A DNA stretch of 61,332 bases, filler included, from Sphacelaria rigidula (taxonomy: Eukaryota), in the NCBI GenBank assembly GCA_964200075.2. It is 8 parts of 8 records of this genome, joined end to end, with 100 filler letters (N's around TTAATTAATTAA, not from the genome) between each part and the next. Parts side by side here need not be neighbours in the genome. Positions count along the whole stretch, not along the records: positions 7,680 to 15,258 come from CAXNAA020014248.1; positions 15,359 to 22,937 come from CAXNAA020014249.1; positions 23,038 to 30,616 come from CAXNAA020014250.1; 5 more parts are not named here. One strand, given 5' to 3'. The position numbers and the translations under genes were made by a program. The notes under the pieces were generated by a model. It was given only the letters and a program-made list of their open reading frames with translations, did no database searches and had not been told where the DNA came from. Numbering within the stretch: the first letter of the stretch is position 1; every line of letters begins with the position of its first letter. Below are positions 12,701 through 25,524 of this stretch, in pieces.

Positions 12701-13812
12701 GAGGGACACGCGTCCTCGGATAAAAGGTGCCCGCATTAGCACGGAAAGCTGGAGCTACAGACCGGTGGCTGCGGCGCTCGGATGGCAAGGGATGCATGTT
12801 ACGATGTACGGAGAAAGCGCTTGATATCCGAGACATTTATCATCCCACGCAAAATTTGACGAAATTGACACTGTGTATTGCGAGCCGGCGGGGCTGGACT
12901 GACTGGACGACGCGAATTACACCTGGGCAGGGCTGGAATTCCCGCTATTAATCAATGAAAACTGACGAGTGCTCTCGATCCCACTTTGAGAGCGAATTGA
13001 ATGGGGAAAAGTCCACAAAAAGGCCCATTAGGTGCATGTCAGAGAGGCTCAAGATATCCACGTGGGAGCCCGCTCAACAAACTTCGCAGCTTGATGCTGG
13101 TTCTCCGAACTAGAAAGCACCAACAGCCGTCCCCGTAGTGGTCAGTCTGTCGTCATGTCGCCCATGCAATCCCTGGTATTGTCTATGAGAGGACATCGTC
13201 TCCTTCCCGAACGGCTTCACGATGGTCCTTGGCAGAAGACATTGTTCTCTTCAACTCGGCTGTACCGTCACATCTTGCCCGACATGGGGTACAATATTTG
13301 GGGCAAGCAGCCTCGACGATATGACGAAGCCTGACTGGTGATCGTTATCTGTGTTTCAGCGAGCGTAGCGTCAACGGACACGTGGTCCAACCTGAACAAC
13401 TAGGCTGGCCGCTGGCTCCGCGTCGATATCGTGCCCTTCATATTTCTTGTTCGAAAGCGAAAACGACTCCAAGCGTAGAGGCAGCATGGTGGATAATTAT
13501 CCTTTCAACCCACGCACGCAGCGTACAAACAGGCCTGGGCCGCCCACACTGTTGAGGCAAAGCTATCTGCGACCTCAACCTATACATACGTGAGTTTCAG
13601 TGTCATCAGACGCTAAGTGCGCTGTGTTTGGACGCCTAACCTTCCAAAATACCGCCTCTACCCTACTGATAACGGAACAACACTGTGTATGATAGTGGTG
13701 TAGTACTGACCGTGACTGGTGATGTATGCTTGAATGAATGCACTCTCTTGAGACTTCTTACTAGGCGTGATTGGTGATGATTGTGTGCAAACCTCTCTGC
13801 ACTCACGACCAG

Positions 13813-13914
13813 CCAGCAAGACGCCCTTTAGGTCGTTCGTGAGGCCGGAGCCCAAGGAGGTGAACACCATCACCCCCACCCCTTCGTACGGTACCATCCC
13901 CGAGCCTACTGCAC
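13813..13914 (+). CDS. Candidate internal exon of an unknown protein (SKTPFRSFVRPEPKEVNTITPTPSYGTIPEPTA)
   Basis: CAG acceptor at 13810-13812, GTACGT donor at 13915, 102 nt, symmetric phase 1-1, nearly all codons ending in G/C. No family recognised. Confidence 0.45.
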
Positions 13915-14232
13915 GTACGTTTGTTCGGCAAGTTGAAACACTCCGATACCTAACTTGTGGGCGTTTTACACGTGGTCACACGCGTTTCTGTCTTGGTTTG
14001 AGTATAAGCGAATATTTACCAAGATATCAGGAAAACATAGCTTGGTTTTTCGGAATAGTTTCATTTTCGAATTGGACGGCACGGGTGCAGGGGATACAAT
14101 ACCCGATAAGGTTCAGTAGGGGTTTTTTGTAGATACTTCGCAATAGGGATTGGACTGGATACTTTACAGAGTGCACTTCTTCAGCTGCCTTTTGTCCATG
14201 ACGTGAAATATCACATCACTCACTTGATCGGA

Positions 14233-14507
14233 TGAAACTTTCCACACTTCGGACAGATCACGATACATCTCAAATTCCTTGTTCTTAGTATATTGATCCG
14301 GATCATGATCCGCACCGTTTGCCCCCCCCCCTTCCATGTTTGCTCCTTACAGCGCCGGACGCCGAGCACGGCGAGTAGCGCTAAGGTTGCACGTTGGCTT
14401 TTCTGCACCACGGCGTCATATTCTGTGTTTTCGGAGCAACGGGGTCAAGAGTACATTTTGATCTGTTTCAGGCAGATCATGATCTATCCGACGTGTGGAA
14501 AATTTCA
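14233..14507. mobile_element. MITE-like inverted-repeat element
   Basis: TGAAACTTTCCACACTTCGGACAGATCACGAT is inverted by ATCATGATCTATCCGACGTGTGGAAAATTTCA; related sequence flanks the MITE at 44137-44280. Confidence 0.55.
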
Positions 14508-15895
14508 CGAAGTATCCTTACTTGATTCTAGTGTGTACACTGACCTTCGGATCTCCAGTGGGGCCGGTAGTCCCACGTGCTCCTACCGTAGCGTGAACAG
14601 ATCGCGTTTTTGTCCAAGTCGGCCAACGCACACTTTCTAGAGCACCCTCTGCACTCCTCGTGCCCGAGGGTTCACGGTATTTCTGTGGTTAGGGTCAGAC
14701 TCAGCGTTATTTCAAGTCGAGAAGTTTCGAAGGAAGTTCTTCAAAGAGCGATTCAACCAAGTGACAATATGAGCTCATAACCTTTGTCTGCGACCCCCTC
14801 AGATGGACCCAGACAAACCACGCCACATCTAGTGTTCGAAAAGCTGTTCCTTCACTAGTCAGAGTCCCTTTTTCGAAGAAAATGTGGATGCTGGGCAAAT
14901 ATACACAAAACGTGGTCACGGAAAGCCCCTGACCGGTTTTGAGCTCGCAGTAGAGTACACGCAGAGTTACTATGAACCTCGTCGCTGAGCAATTTTCAGT
15001 TTTCGTGGGCACATGCTTCTTATGGTTCACGAGCGGCGCACGCTGCCAGTCGCTACTGACTCGAAATATGCAACCAAGATACATTCTGTGCTATCATCCA
15101 TGCTTCCGCAGTAGTCCTGGTACTGCCAGTGCATGGCTGCCATACCTTGAGCGTATGTTGATCATTCACGCATGTCACATCTTCTCAACTGCCTCCCCAT
15201 TGTTGGCTGTCATCCAAATGCAAGATCATCAGTAGGCTTCGGGCCGAACAATCTTAGCNNNNNNNNNNNNNNNNNNNNNNNNNNNNNNNNNNNNNNNNNN
15301 NNTTAATTAATTAANNNNNNNNNNNNNNNNNNNNNNNNNNNNNNNNNNNNNNNNNNNNTCTGCTAGTACTGCAGCGTCTAAATGCTGTTGAGGGACTCCC
15401 CAGCTCTTCTGGCCTCAAGGTCTCAGTTGTCAGCCTTTACAACACCATATATTTATCTCGGAGTAAATATCTGCAGCCCCGTGCCACAAGCCTGGGCTAC
15501 ACAGCAGGGATCATCATCCACAGGATGCCCTTGTTCCCTGGTCATCATCCAGTATCCACTATATACTCAACCGTGACGGCTTGATTTCGCCACAGCACAC
15601 TCTAATCAAGTAGTATCAACGATGGACATTTGTAAACCAACGCCGGTCATCTCTACTGGCACAACTTGCGATACATCGTCAGTTCGAAGGAGCTGAAGTA
15701 CAGTTAGCTTCTTAGGCGGCCCAGCCGCTACTACATTATGGTAACAGTGGCGAAGGAGGGAAGAAGATGGGTGTCATGATGTTCGGGTTGACTGAGCAAT
15801 TTGAAGTACTCCCAAGGACGATTCACGTGGCCTCGGTGGGTTGTGCGTGCGTTCAGTGACTTACATCCATTAGTGTTCTGTTCCTGTTTCTACAG

Positions 15896-16284
15896 TATAT
15901 TCCTGACCGCAAGAACTATATCCGCTGCTTGAACCAACCATCGATGATGCGACAAACGCCCGTTCGTAACGGAAGAGCCCAGCTTGACCGTGACACCAGC
16001 CCCGAGATCGGAACAGTACGGTGTTTCACAAACCCCAGTATCACAAAAAACCGACGCGTTGTGAGTTGTGAGTCCAGCTATTTCGTCGATGCGGAGAGAC
16101 TCGGGAACCATTTCCGGGAAGAAAGGGGCGTCGTCGTTGTGGCGACCGTGAACGTCGAAAGAGAGGGAAAAGAGCCGAATGTGTGGGTGCCATGGTTGGA
16201 GTTGGCGCGTACACTCCCCGGCACAGTGGAGAGAGCGATGGCCTCGCAGAGGGACGTTCTCGGCCGATCGGTGGGCCACATAAG
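15896..16284 (+). CDS. Candidate exon of an unknown protein
   Basis: Acceptor TTCTGTTCCTGTTTCTACAG (AG at 15894-15895), open frame YIPDRKNY...WLELARTLPGTVERAMA...GHI, donor AAG|GTACGA at 16285. No domain recognised. Confidence 0.3.
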
Positions 16285-17164
16285 GTACGATTGAAAAGAA
16301 TTCCTGCATCAGTTATACCTCGGCGAAATGTCCGTTTTCGCGTGGCCATATTTCTCGGGTAAGATGTTTTTTATCCGTTTTTTCCGAGTCCCGGGTGCCA
16401 ATGACCCCTCCGAACGATGTGCGTGAACAATCCGGAGCGAAAACTGTCAAAATGGCATGTTTGGCTCTTTTCGCGTCTTTGGCTATTTTTCGTACCTTTC
16501 CTAGGCAAAAAAACGAGAAGGTATACCTTTTCTAGGCCATTGTCATTTTCATACACCCCGGTAGGACGAGGTTTACCATTTACAACCTCCGAAATATCAG
16601 GATGTGTTACAGATAAGACGGATTTAGTTATACGCTTGCTCTCCGGAACATTCACTCCGTCAAACATATTGATACTATTGATGATTTGCGTAACAGACGG
16701 CTCTCCAGTTGAATTCATCTGCTACTATAATCTGTGTCTAATTCGCACAACCTAGCTTCTTGGGCACCCTGCTGGTTGACGACCACGATCCTTGCCGCAG
16801 TAGTAGTGCCTTGCTGCAGTAGTGATGAACGACTCCGATGAGACGTCCTGTCCACTGATGATGAAGAATACAGTAGAGTATACTAACTGTGTGGCGAGGC
16901 TCATAACCTGTGAAAGGTATGGCTGTGGCTTGAGTATAAAACACAACGTTCGACTGTCAACTTGGCAGGAACAGTCGGTTCACCAAGTGAACCCAACTCT
17001 GACGAGCGAGCTCGCAGAGGCTGCATGGTATTGTTAAACGCTTACTTGTGCAACTGAAGAAGATGTTTTCAAACTTGGAGCTTTATTGGGCCGAATGAAC
17101 AAAATAAAACATTTAGCTGGTTCCTTGTTAACGCAGAAACCAATACCAAGCTGATAGGCTTGAT

Positions 17165-17275
17165 TGAGTGGAGAAAGGTAAAGAGTGACCACGAGGTGGT
17201 ATCTCAGAAAGCTGTCTTCTAATCTTGAGTGGAGAAAGTAGAGAGCAACCACGAGGTGGTATCTCAGAAAACTGC
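17165..17275. repeat. Two-copy tandem duplication of about 61 bp
   Basis: TTGAGTGGAGAAAG...ACCACGAGGTGGTATCTCAGAAA occurs twice in tandem. Confidence 0.75.
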
Positions 17276-17789
17276 CCCATCTCAACAAAACCTTCCGTAC
17301 TAAAGACTGTACGGCCTGAGCTAGATGACCATGAACTTTACATCCACAAACTTGTGATACTGTAGATTTTTCGAGGCAAGCTCTTCACTATTCTGACATC
17401 AACAATTCGACATATCCATTCATCACCCTACGTAGCCCTACGGTCAAAGCCCGTTCGTACTGTATGTTCTACATTATACTCATGTTGCTGTTCATGTTGA
17501 ACCGTAACCTAATCTACATATACGAAATTGATTTCCTCCCAACACCTTGCTCCTATGATGAAACGTAACATCCCTCAACATAGTACTTTGTGTAAAAAAG
17601 GGTCCATCAAAAGCATCTACAATGAAACTGTAACGTGGTTGACGGAATCCTCCAACCGTCACGGGGTGTTTCGAGAATCACAATATTCATGAAACCGCCA
17701 TCACGGAGGCTGACTCGTGGAGGAAACAAGGTTCCCAAAGTAGTAATCATGTACGTGGAGTAGCAATGGCTTCGCGCTGCTGATGATGT

Positions 17790-17924
17790 TTAGTTGAAAG
17801 ACACCTTCACAGCGGCGGCATGTGATGTGGCATCAGCTGAATTAGAAGACATCCCTCCGACGACGATCTGATCCTCAGGTTCTACGGCGGCCGCATAGCC
17901 TCTATTGACAGTTCCCGATCCAAT
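17790..17924 (-). CDS. Beta-propeller-repeat protein, exon C (probably last)
   Basis: TTTTTTTTCAG acceptor, phase 0, IGSGTVNRGYAAAVEPEDQIVVGGMS...AAAVKVSFN-stop. Confidence 0.65.
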   Translation of the reverse strand: MGSGTVNRGYAAAVEPEDQIVVGGMSSNSADATSHAAAVKVSFN

Positions 17925-18304
17925 CTGAAAAAAAATGGACATGAGCGAAAGACAACGAGGAACAAAGGAAGATTGTGTCATTGGCTTACGAGCATGCAGC
18001 CCACGATCATCAGCGGCTTTCGTGCTGAGCGACTTGCATGAAATGAAAGAGGTCATCAGTACGTTACACGGTCCCACGCACTCGTGATTTACATTGATAA
18101 CGCAAGCATTCCGATAGGTCGTCCCGCCTGCAGCAACGGTTTACACTGACTCCTGTGTGCGAGAATTGGCACGACCACACCGTTGTGGTGTCTAAATTTC
18201 GGAGAAAGTCGACCGCGACGCCGAGGCTGAAATATTTTCAACAGAAAACTCGTTCGTTTCGGTCATCTCTGGGAAATCCTACTTTTGTCGGCTTCATAAC
18301 GTAC

Positions 18305-18466
18305 CGCATCGATCCTCTGTTCGTCGCCGTCCTGATCAAGCAGCACAGACTCAGTGCAGCTGTAGCTTCCTTCGTCGCAGTCCCTTGTAGTGTCACCCAT
18401 CAGGACGATCGTCGTATCATCCAAAACCGAGACTGCTCTGAAAAGGCTGTACTCGGCGCTAGTTCC
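18305..18466 (-). CDS. Beta-propeller-repeat protein, exon B (one blade)
   Basis: CAG acceptor, 162 nt, phase 0-0, GTSAEYSLFRAVSVLDDTTIVLMGDT...VLLDQDGDEQRIDA, GTACGT donor. Confidence 0.65.
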
Positions 18467-19195
18467 CTGCCGCCAGGAATAACACGGGAAGTATTTCACG
18501 TTGACAAGAAAAGTCGAACATAAAAATATATATCAAGCACAGTAAGTATAGCCACATTTATTTGAGTCTTATAACCGCAAAAATCATGGTACAGCGCTTG
18601 ATTTGCGCGTGTCCACGGAAGCGATGACGGTGATCATCCAAAACGTCAACAGAGCGTATCCCTCCAGTCACGACACGGCACAGTTTCCGAGTACTATGAG
18701 CGTTGCCTGATACGAGCACTTTCACTCATGGCAGTGGCTCCCTTACCAGCATTGTCAGTGACAGCAATTCACCACCGGCCACGATTGTCGGCTGTACTCA
18801 TCACAGCTGTGCATACTACAACATAGGGCTGATCATATGATGCGTCGTTGGGGCTGTTAGTTTTCGATACCGGTGCAACCCACGCAGAACTCGATTACTC
18901 ACTTGTCTAGTGGGTAAGGTCGTGCAACACATCCTTGAACGCCCTTCTTCGTGCAACCGAACACCCCTCCTCTCTCATGTCCGATCCTCCCATAGGAGAA
19001 AGGTGATGAAAACACGCGAGGAGGTTGACATCACATGAGATTAGTGTTGTGTTTCTTCCCGAGCAGGTCCCGTGTTCGAAGCCCGCCCACCACTGACGTG
19101 ACTAGTAAAAAATATTTTCCTCAAAAACGCGGGCAAGCAGTGTCGTGGATTTCGTGGATGCAGCTACCCTCAACGCTAGGCGGCGAAGGTAACGT

Positions 19196-19407
19196 TGCAA
19201 TGCGTGAGAGGACCGCACGCTTGGAGGACCACGCCGTAGTTCAAAACACCTCAGGATCGACGTTTATCAAAAACCAATCGGGCCAGCCCCTGCAGGTACC
19301 ACGCTCCTGACCCTGACTCTAGCACTAATCCTGACCCTAACCCTAGCCATAGGGGTGTTCAAATTGCGATGCGGTCCTGTAAGCACGCGGTCCTCTCACG
19401 CATTACA
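19196..19407. mobile_element. Telomere-repeat MITE (family T), copy in an intron of the propeller gene
   Basis: TIRs TG(C)AATGCGTGAGAGGACCGC...GCGGTCCTCTCACGCATTACA with degenerate CCCTAA repeats inside. Confidence 0.85.
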
Positions 19408-20231
19408 AGGTTTCCCCGTGCAAAACCTTCTCGTCAAGACACGTGCAAAAACGTTCGTGATAAGGGAGGTGGTGCGAGAACGATAAAAACACAGTCAAGG
19501 ATAGCATGCGTGTACATGAGACGTGCATACCGGAGTGCAGGGGAGAAGATATCAAGATTGGATCATGATGAGGGAATTACGGATTGAAGGACTGATTTTC
19601 TATACGGGATTGCACCGTGACCCGAACTAAGGTATACCCGATATCATGCATGCTGAGCATATCCAGGGAACGGACAGAATTTGAGTATGCCAACTTCCCC
19701 CACCTGTTTAGTTGTTGTTGTCATCGATGCTGGTCGGTCGCTGGTCATTGCACAATGTGTGCCAACGTGAGAACGCGTGTAAACCGAAAATATAACGATA
19801 CATGCTTTGTCGACAGTGGCCTGGAACGGCCCAACGTTTATCCCGACGTTGCACCCGGAGCACGTGTAATCCGATCACCACATGAACAAGAACACATTGC
19901 CACGGGTGTCCGTCAGGTCTTACCACGTTCTCAGTTCTATCTGTAGTCTCTCTGTTTCACGGCTGGATCCGTGGGGAATCAGGCTATGTGCGACAGCAAA
20001 TGAGCTCCCATGGCTGGATCTGTAGGGGATCAGGCAACGTACGACGATCGAGTAGTCGATCACACGAAGCAACCCTCGAGGGTGGTGATCGGAGCAGTAC
20101 AGTTCACCACAAGATGGCGCTGACTGATGTAATTCAAACACACGGGGGCCTTTATAGCAGAACAAAAGTATCATGAGAACCGGGTTACGAATGGCGGTAG
20201 TGCCTTTTTCGTGTTTGGATCACATTTTCAC

Positions 20232-20600
20232 CTCATACTCCCACAGGAGGTCTCCGTCAGCGCCCAGTTTGACAGCGTAGTTGATCTCGTTTTCTAGGTA
20301 ATAATAGCCCGCTGCAATGATGGCGTCATCCTCTGTAGTAGCCAAACCATAGATTACGTTGAGGTGAACGTTGCTGCTAGTCCACCGCCACACCTCCTCC
20401 CCGACATCATTTAGCTTGATGATAATGGACGTATTGGTTGCGTCGATGATGATGTCCCCAACTTTCCCACCCAAATACACACTTCCGTCGTCTCCAGTGA
20501 CGGCAGCAAATAACCTGTCCGTGCCAACATCCCCGTCCTGCGGTACGAACGACCAAGGCACCGTCGGGGACGAACGGGGAGTTCCCGGACATGTCAGCAA
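20232..20600 (-). CDS. Beta-propeller-repeat (SBBP-like) protein, exon A with two blades; 5' end uncertain and possibly frameshifted
   Basis: WSFVPQDG...AAVTGDDGSVYLGG...IIKLNDVGEEVWRW...GLATTEDDAIIAAGY...AVKLGADGDLLWEYE, then a phase-0 GT donor at 20231. Confidence 0.7.
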
Positions 20601-20888
20601 ACGCTCATCAAGATCAAGGAGTCACCAGGTGATTCCGTAGAAAGGAAAACCGGGTCAGGCTTCCATGTCGCCTTCCCCAAGACCGGGCACGCGGCTGTTT
20701 CAGTCAAGGGCATGGCCGTACATTCACGTGTTTGTATTTGGATACAGGCTACACCTGGTTGTCGCGAAAATATTATGGTATTGCTGGATCCGCCGTCCCA
20801 ACCCACATGGAGTACTGGCTGGCTCAGGGTGAATCCTCAAGCGATTTCCCCAACTAGATGCAAAACGCACAACTGACCCAATAGTCAC

Positions 20889-21058
20889 CACACCCTGGAC
20901 AACATGTGGTCAATACTTGCAATACACAATAAACGTACTGCATAAAGTATAGGCCTATTGCAAGTATTGCCGGCCGACAATAGTCGCAATAGGCCCATAC
21001 TTTATGCAGTACATTTATTGTGTATTGCAAGTATTGACGTCATATTGTCCAGGGTGTG
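20889..21058. mobile_element. Near-palindromic MITE (family P) with an 8-bp TSD
   Basis: CACACCCTGGACAA...TTGTCCAGGGTGTG; ATAGTCAC directly repeated at 20881-20888 and 21059-21066. Confidence 0.9.
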
Positions 21059-22626
21059 ATAGTCACATCTTCGACATCGCATATACCCCCACGAGTAAGC
21101 GAGCGGTGTGGCACGACCTGAGTACTTTCCTCCGTCCTTCGCCGTGGCGCTGGTGGTGAATCTGTTTCTTGGTCAATGAGAGGCTTCCAAGTTGCTCTGA
21201 ACTGTAAAATGTGAATTCCTGACACTTTTCGACCCAAACTCATTACGAATCAAACCGTAGTAACCAACATCCGCTAGGGAATCTAACGCAACAAAACATA
21301 TTTGAAGCAGTTCGTGTAGGATCGAGTTATACCTGTGATGTGTAAGGGGTGAAAATGATCTTGGGCAAAAGTGACATTTGAATGATGTGACATTTTCATG
21401 CTCAACTAGCGGAGAATTCGCTGCCCCTTGAGGTCGACGTTCTAAGGAGAGCATGTATTTAAATTCGAAAAAAAGTAGTGACCCAACCATGGCATGAATT
21501 CACGAGCACGCGTTTGGGGATTGTGTTCGACCTTAGCTTTGTTGATTTAGGGGGCGGCGAGGCGCGTTCAAAATAGTAGCCCTACGCTTACTCTCTCTTC
21601 TCTTTCGGGTTTTGGCTGCGATTCACCAGTTTCCCATTGGAGTATCTACAGACCTCGAGAAAGTGAGTCCCAGAGATTGGAGCAGTAGTCGGGCTGCTGT
21701 TTTGTCTGGTGTATTTTATTGATCAAAGCTTAGGCCTGTTTCGGCTTGTGTTACAACTGTGTGCTATAACTGAGCTGTAGATGAAGCTCGGATACAATCA
21801 ATTGCGTGATAAAAGTACTATTATTCTGGTCTGTCATATTTGCTCGTTATCTCCTTTGGGAATCGACTGTGGTCAGCCTGAGCTACTGAACTGAGTGACC
21901 AAACAACGTACGCAGAGGTCTGAACCTGGAACAATCTCGGAGTGAACACCATTATAACCCCCTCAAGGTGCTTTCACCCCTTATACATCAAGTTGGAGAT
22001 ACCCCGAAACACGGTTTTTTGGTGATGCGAGGGGAGTCATCGAGTTTCTATTTCAAGTACGCATCGAAGACCCAGAAAGCCTTGCAACTACCGCAGAAGA
22101 AAAGTGCTCATCATTCTCGAACTTGACAGCTCGCTAGATACGGGTGCTACAAATGGAACACATGTTGGGGAAAATATTCTCAACTCTATTCGATATCTAT
22201 CGGCTTGCGGGGATCCCAGCGTGAAGATTCGAGATTAACTCGCATCTTTTAAAAAATATGTTTTGTTGCGCAACTGGAAATTTAATCCCTGACGGTCGAT
22301 GCTAGCTGAAGCGCACAAGGGACATGTCGGTAGCATACCCTCTAATCGACCATTCGAAGGGATACCGCGTATGTCTGTACGCTTTAACGCACATACGGGC
22401 GATTTCTCACACCGATTCTTCAGTTGGAGAACGTGAAAATGTGCACACGGGTACTCTAGGGTAGTGAGGGTCTGTATGAACGTTTCTGGTTTTCAAAATT
22501 GAAATGGATCAGAAGGCGGTGTAGGTATCCTAGAGCACCCGTGTGCTATTCTTCAGGGTCTAGCTCGAAAAACAATGCCTAGCCACTTTCGGAAAGGTGG
22601 CAGTTTTCGCGTACAAACCAACATGA

Positions 22627-22719
22627 TGTTCAGGAAGCGATCAGTTTATCCATTGAACTAGTGAGCGCTCACTGTGAGCACTCACTAGTTTAGTGGATAA
22701 ACTGATCGCTTCCTGAACA
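22627..22719. repeat. 93-bp near-perfect palindrome with TGT...ACA ends
   Basis: Two 46-nt arms with 3 mismatches around a 1-nt loop; contains GTGAGCGCTCAC. Confidence 0.85.
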
Positions 22720-23501
22720 AAGGATATGTTGCGTGGTCCATCCCGGCATGACACATCAGTGATCTCCGGGGCCTCGTGCCCCTCGCGAGCCTCACTGTTC
22801 ACATGTCAAACTCATTTCTTCCACAATCGATCATACCAGGACTCGAACCGGGCATATTTTGTTCCGGAATTATCATCATCATTATTATTATCATCAATAT
22901 TATTAATAGCCAAAATGATGTCCCGCTCGATACTGGGNNNNNNNNNNNNNNNNNNNNNNNNNNNNNNNNNNNNNNNNNNNNTTAATTAATTAANNNNNNN
23001 NNNNNNNNNNNNNNNNNNNNNNNNNNNNNNNNNNNNNCCTCTTGAACGGTGCATTCTTCCACAAATGCGCGCCTGTGGGCCAGCGCGCAACATTGTCCAA
23101 CATTATTCTGCCATTCCATTCAGGCAACGGGTGGCAGGAATGTTCCAACATGCTACACATGTAATCTTTTCGTCTCATCATCGGAACCGGCGCAGCGAGA
23201 CATCTTCTGAATAAAACCTCACTCTCGATCGTACTTTCAACGCTTGATTTCACGGAAACACAATTAGATTTTCCGGCAGGATTTTGCACCAATGTGCGAG
23301 GTAAGCGTTTTGTCCATTAATGATGTAGACACTCTCCGCCGCTGCCTACTCTCAATCGTATCGTAGATTCTCAATCTCACGAAAACATTGTGGGGCCTAG
23401 TTTGTTCATATCTATCCGTTAGTCCGTCTGAACGTGACAGTGCCCCCCTCACAGTAGGAAATATGGACTTTGTTCGAACGAATGAGGATGATAACGATAA
23501 A

Positions 23502-23933
23502 CACGGGATCTTTCAAATTGGGGATGGATCTTTCATTGGGGATGAGAATCCCGGAGAATTAAAATCTTCGTATCCACACTAAATCTTCGGAATATGGTTC
23601 CATTTCTTCACCCACTGATAGCGTTTGACAACTGCTACACCCCATAGTAATTTGGATTTCGATCACCGAAATGTTGAGGTCCTATAATAGGTAAAAACAA
23701 CAATTTCGGAACCATTTTGGCGTCCGTTCGGATACCCGGAATTCCCCAAAGTGGCTTTTCACCTAGGACCCTAAATTTTCCAAACATCTATGGCGTGTAG
23801 TGATTGTTAATATTTATCGGTAGGTAAAGAAATGGAACCATGTTTCGAAGATTTTGAGTGCATACGGAGATCTTAATCCTCCGGGCTTCTCATCCCCAAT
23901 AAAATACCCATCCCCTATTTGTAAGATCCCGTG
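23502..23933. mobile_element. Foldback MITE (family F) with long imperfect TIRs
   Basis: CACGGGATCTT...GGGGATGAGAATCCCGGAG is inverted by CTCCGGGCTTCTCATCCCC...AAGATCCCGTG; the interior is homologous to 55389-55834. Confidence 0.8.
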
Positions 23934-25303
23934 TCGATATCTCTTCTGTTGTCATTTCTTTGGTACATGGCAAAGAGACAACTGAACGCCGACTACGTAG
24001 GTGTACACGAAGCACAGCGTGGTATAGTGTGCATTCATTTTCATCTATTCTAGAGGGGGGAAAACGTATATTCTTCCAGACGGAAAAGGCCGGAACAACA
24101 CCCCCGTAATGTTTTGCATGGCCTTCGGGCGAAAGACTCCCAAATTAAGAAAGATTGTTGTCTAAAGTAGTTTTACATTTCTTTCTTGTAAGAACAACAT
24201 ACCGAACAAAGGAGTATCACCTACAAGGCGATGAGGGAACAGGCGATAGGGAATTTATCTTCGGCTCAAGGTGAAGAAACAACTCTGTCCATAATATTAA
24301 ACTGCGGCGAAAGGAACAAGTCGGGGGAAACGTTCCCCAGCGGCCTGTCACAGCGTTGTGCCTCGTGTTGCAAATTTGTTTTGTTGCGTTTATTGCGGTG
24401 GGAAAATGGTCAATGGTATCAATTCTTGAGCAAGGCGGACCTTCACGAAATACGTTCAAGCCTGCGTTAGTGCAGTATGCAGCCGAGAACGGTGGCTGCA
24501 TGCTGCGCATATTGCGAACTCGTGAGACGAACGTACAAGTGCAAATTCTGCCTTGCTTATCAAATAATCTGCAATGATGCCGAGTGTGCCGTTGACTGTT
24601 GTTTGCTCTGACGCCTGGCGAAGAGTCAGGAAGACGGGGAATTCAAGCATTCAGCTGTAATCGATCATACTTACGCTCCAGGATCTGCCTGGATACGAAG
24701 TAAATAGATATGGAGATTGGATCATGACGTGTAGGGGAAATACGAATAAGAGATCATTCTGTTATTTAAGGTATACCCTATGTAGTGGTTGCAGTGCATA
24801 TCTGCTGGGGCGGCACACGCCTTTTCGCGTGCCGAAAATCTGGGATTATGACATGTCATTTTGTATGAGCGTTTTTCCCAGGTATTAGTACCCCACTTCA
24901 TTCGATATGTGTTCGTGAGTGTGTGTGTGGTATTGTGTGTCAGTTCTGATCCAGCGGTGTTTTCAGCGGTTGTGTGTTATGTGAGAGTGGGCAAATATGG
25001 GTACGTTAATTATATAAATGATATCTGGTCTCAACTGGCCACGGCAGGTCTTCAACTTCCCCGGCAACGCACCCGGTGCATGAGGCTTTCTATTAAGCTG
25101 TGCTTCATGCTTCATACCCCTCTGATGGGCATACAAAACAAAATCTACGATGGGGTTTGGAGACACTGCTCGGATTGCGTTCATTTGACGTTAAACACAG
25201 TGGGGTTGCTTCTGCGGGACGTGCACAATATGTTACAGCTGCGTCCCGACAGGCAGCAGACCATATTCGAAGCGGTTCTATTCGCCACGCCAGTCTACCC
25301 GTC

Positions 25304-25524
25304 TGTAATGCGTGAGAGGATCGCGTACTTAAAGGACCGCATCGGCATTTGGGCATCCTCATGGTTAGGGTTGGGGTTAGAATTAGTAGTAGGGTTAGGG
25401 TTAGGGGCGTGGTACCTGCAGGGACTGGCCCGATTGGTTTTGAAAAACGTCGATCCTGAGGTGTTTTGAACTACGGCGAATTACGGCGTGGTCCTTTAAG
25501 CACGCCGTCCTCTCACGCATTACA
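25304..25524. mobile_element. Telomere-repeat MITE (family T)
   Basis: Both TIRs present; GGTTAGGGTTGGGGTTAG...GGGTTAGGGTTAGGGG inside; flanks CCGTC / CCGCC. Confidence 0.9.

Noticed and set aside
13813..16284. Joining exon 13813-13914 to exon 15896-16284
   Set aside because: Phases are incompatible and a linker lies between them.
24861..25469. 202-aa ORF as a single gene
   Set aside because: It reads through probable intron sequence and the MITE; the GLGLEL stretch is the TTAGGG tract.
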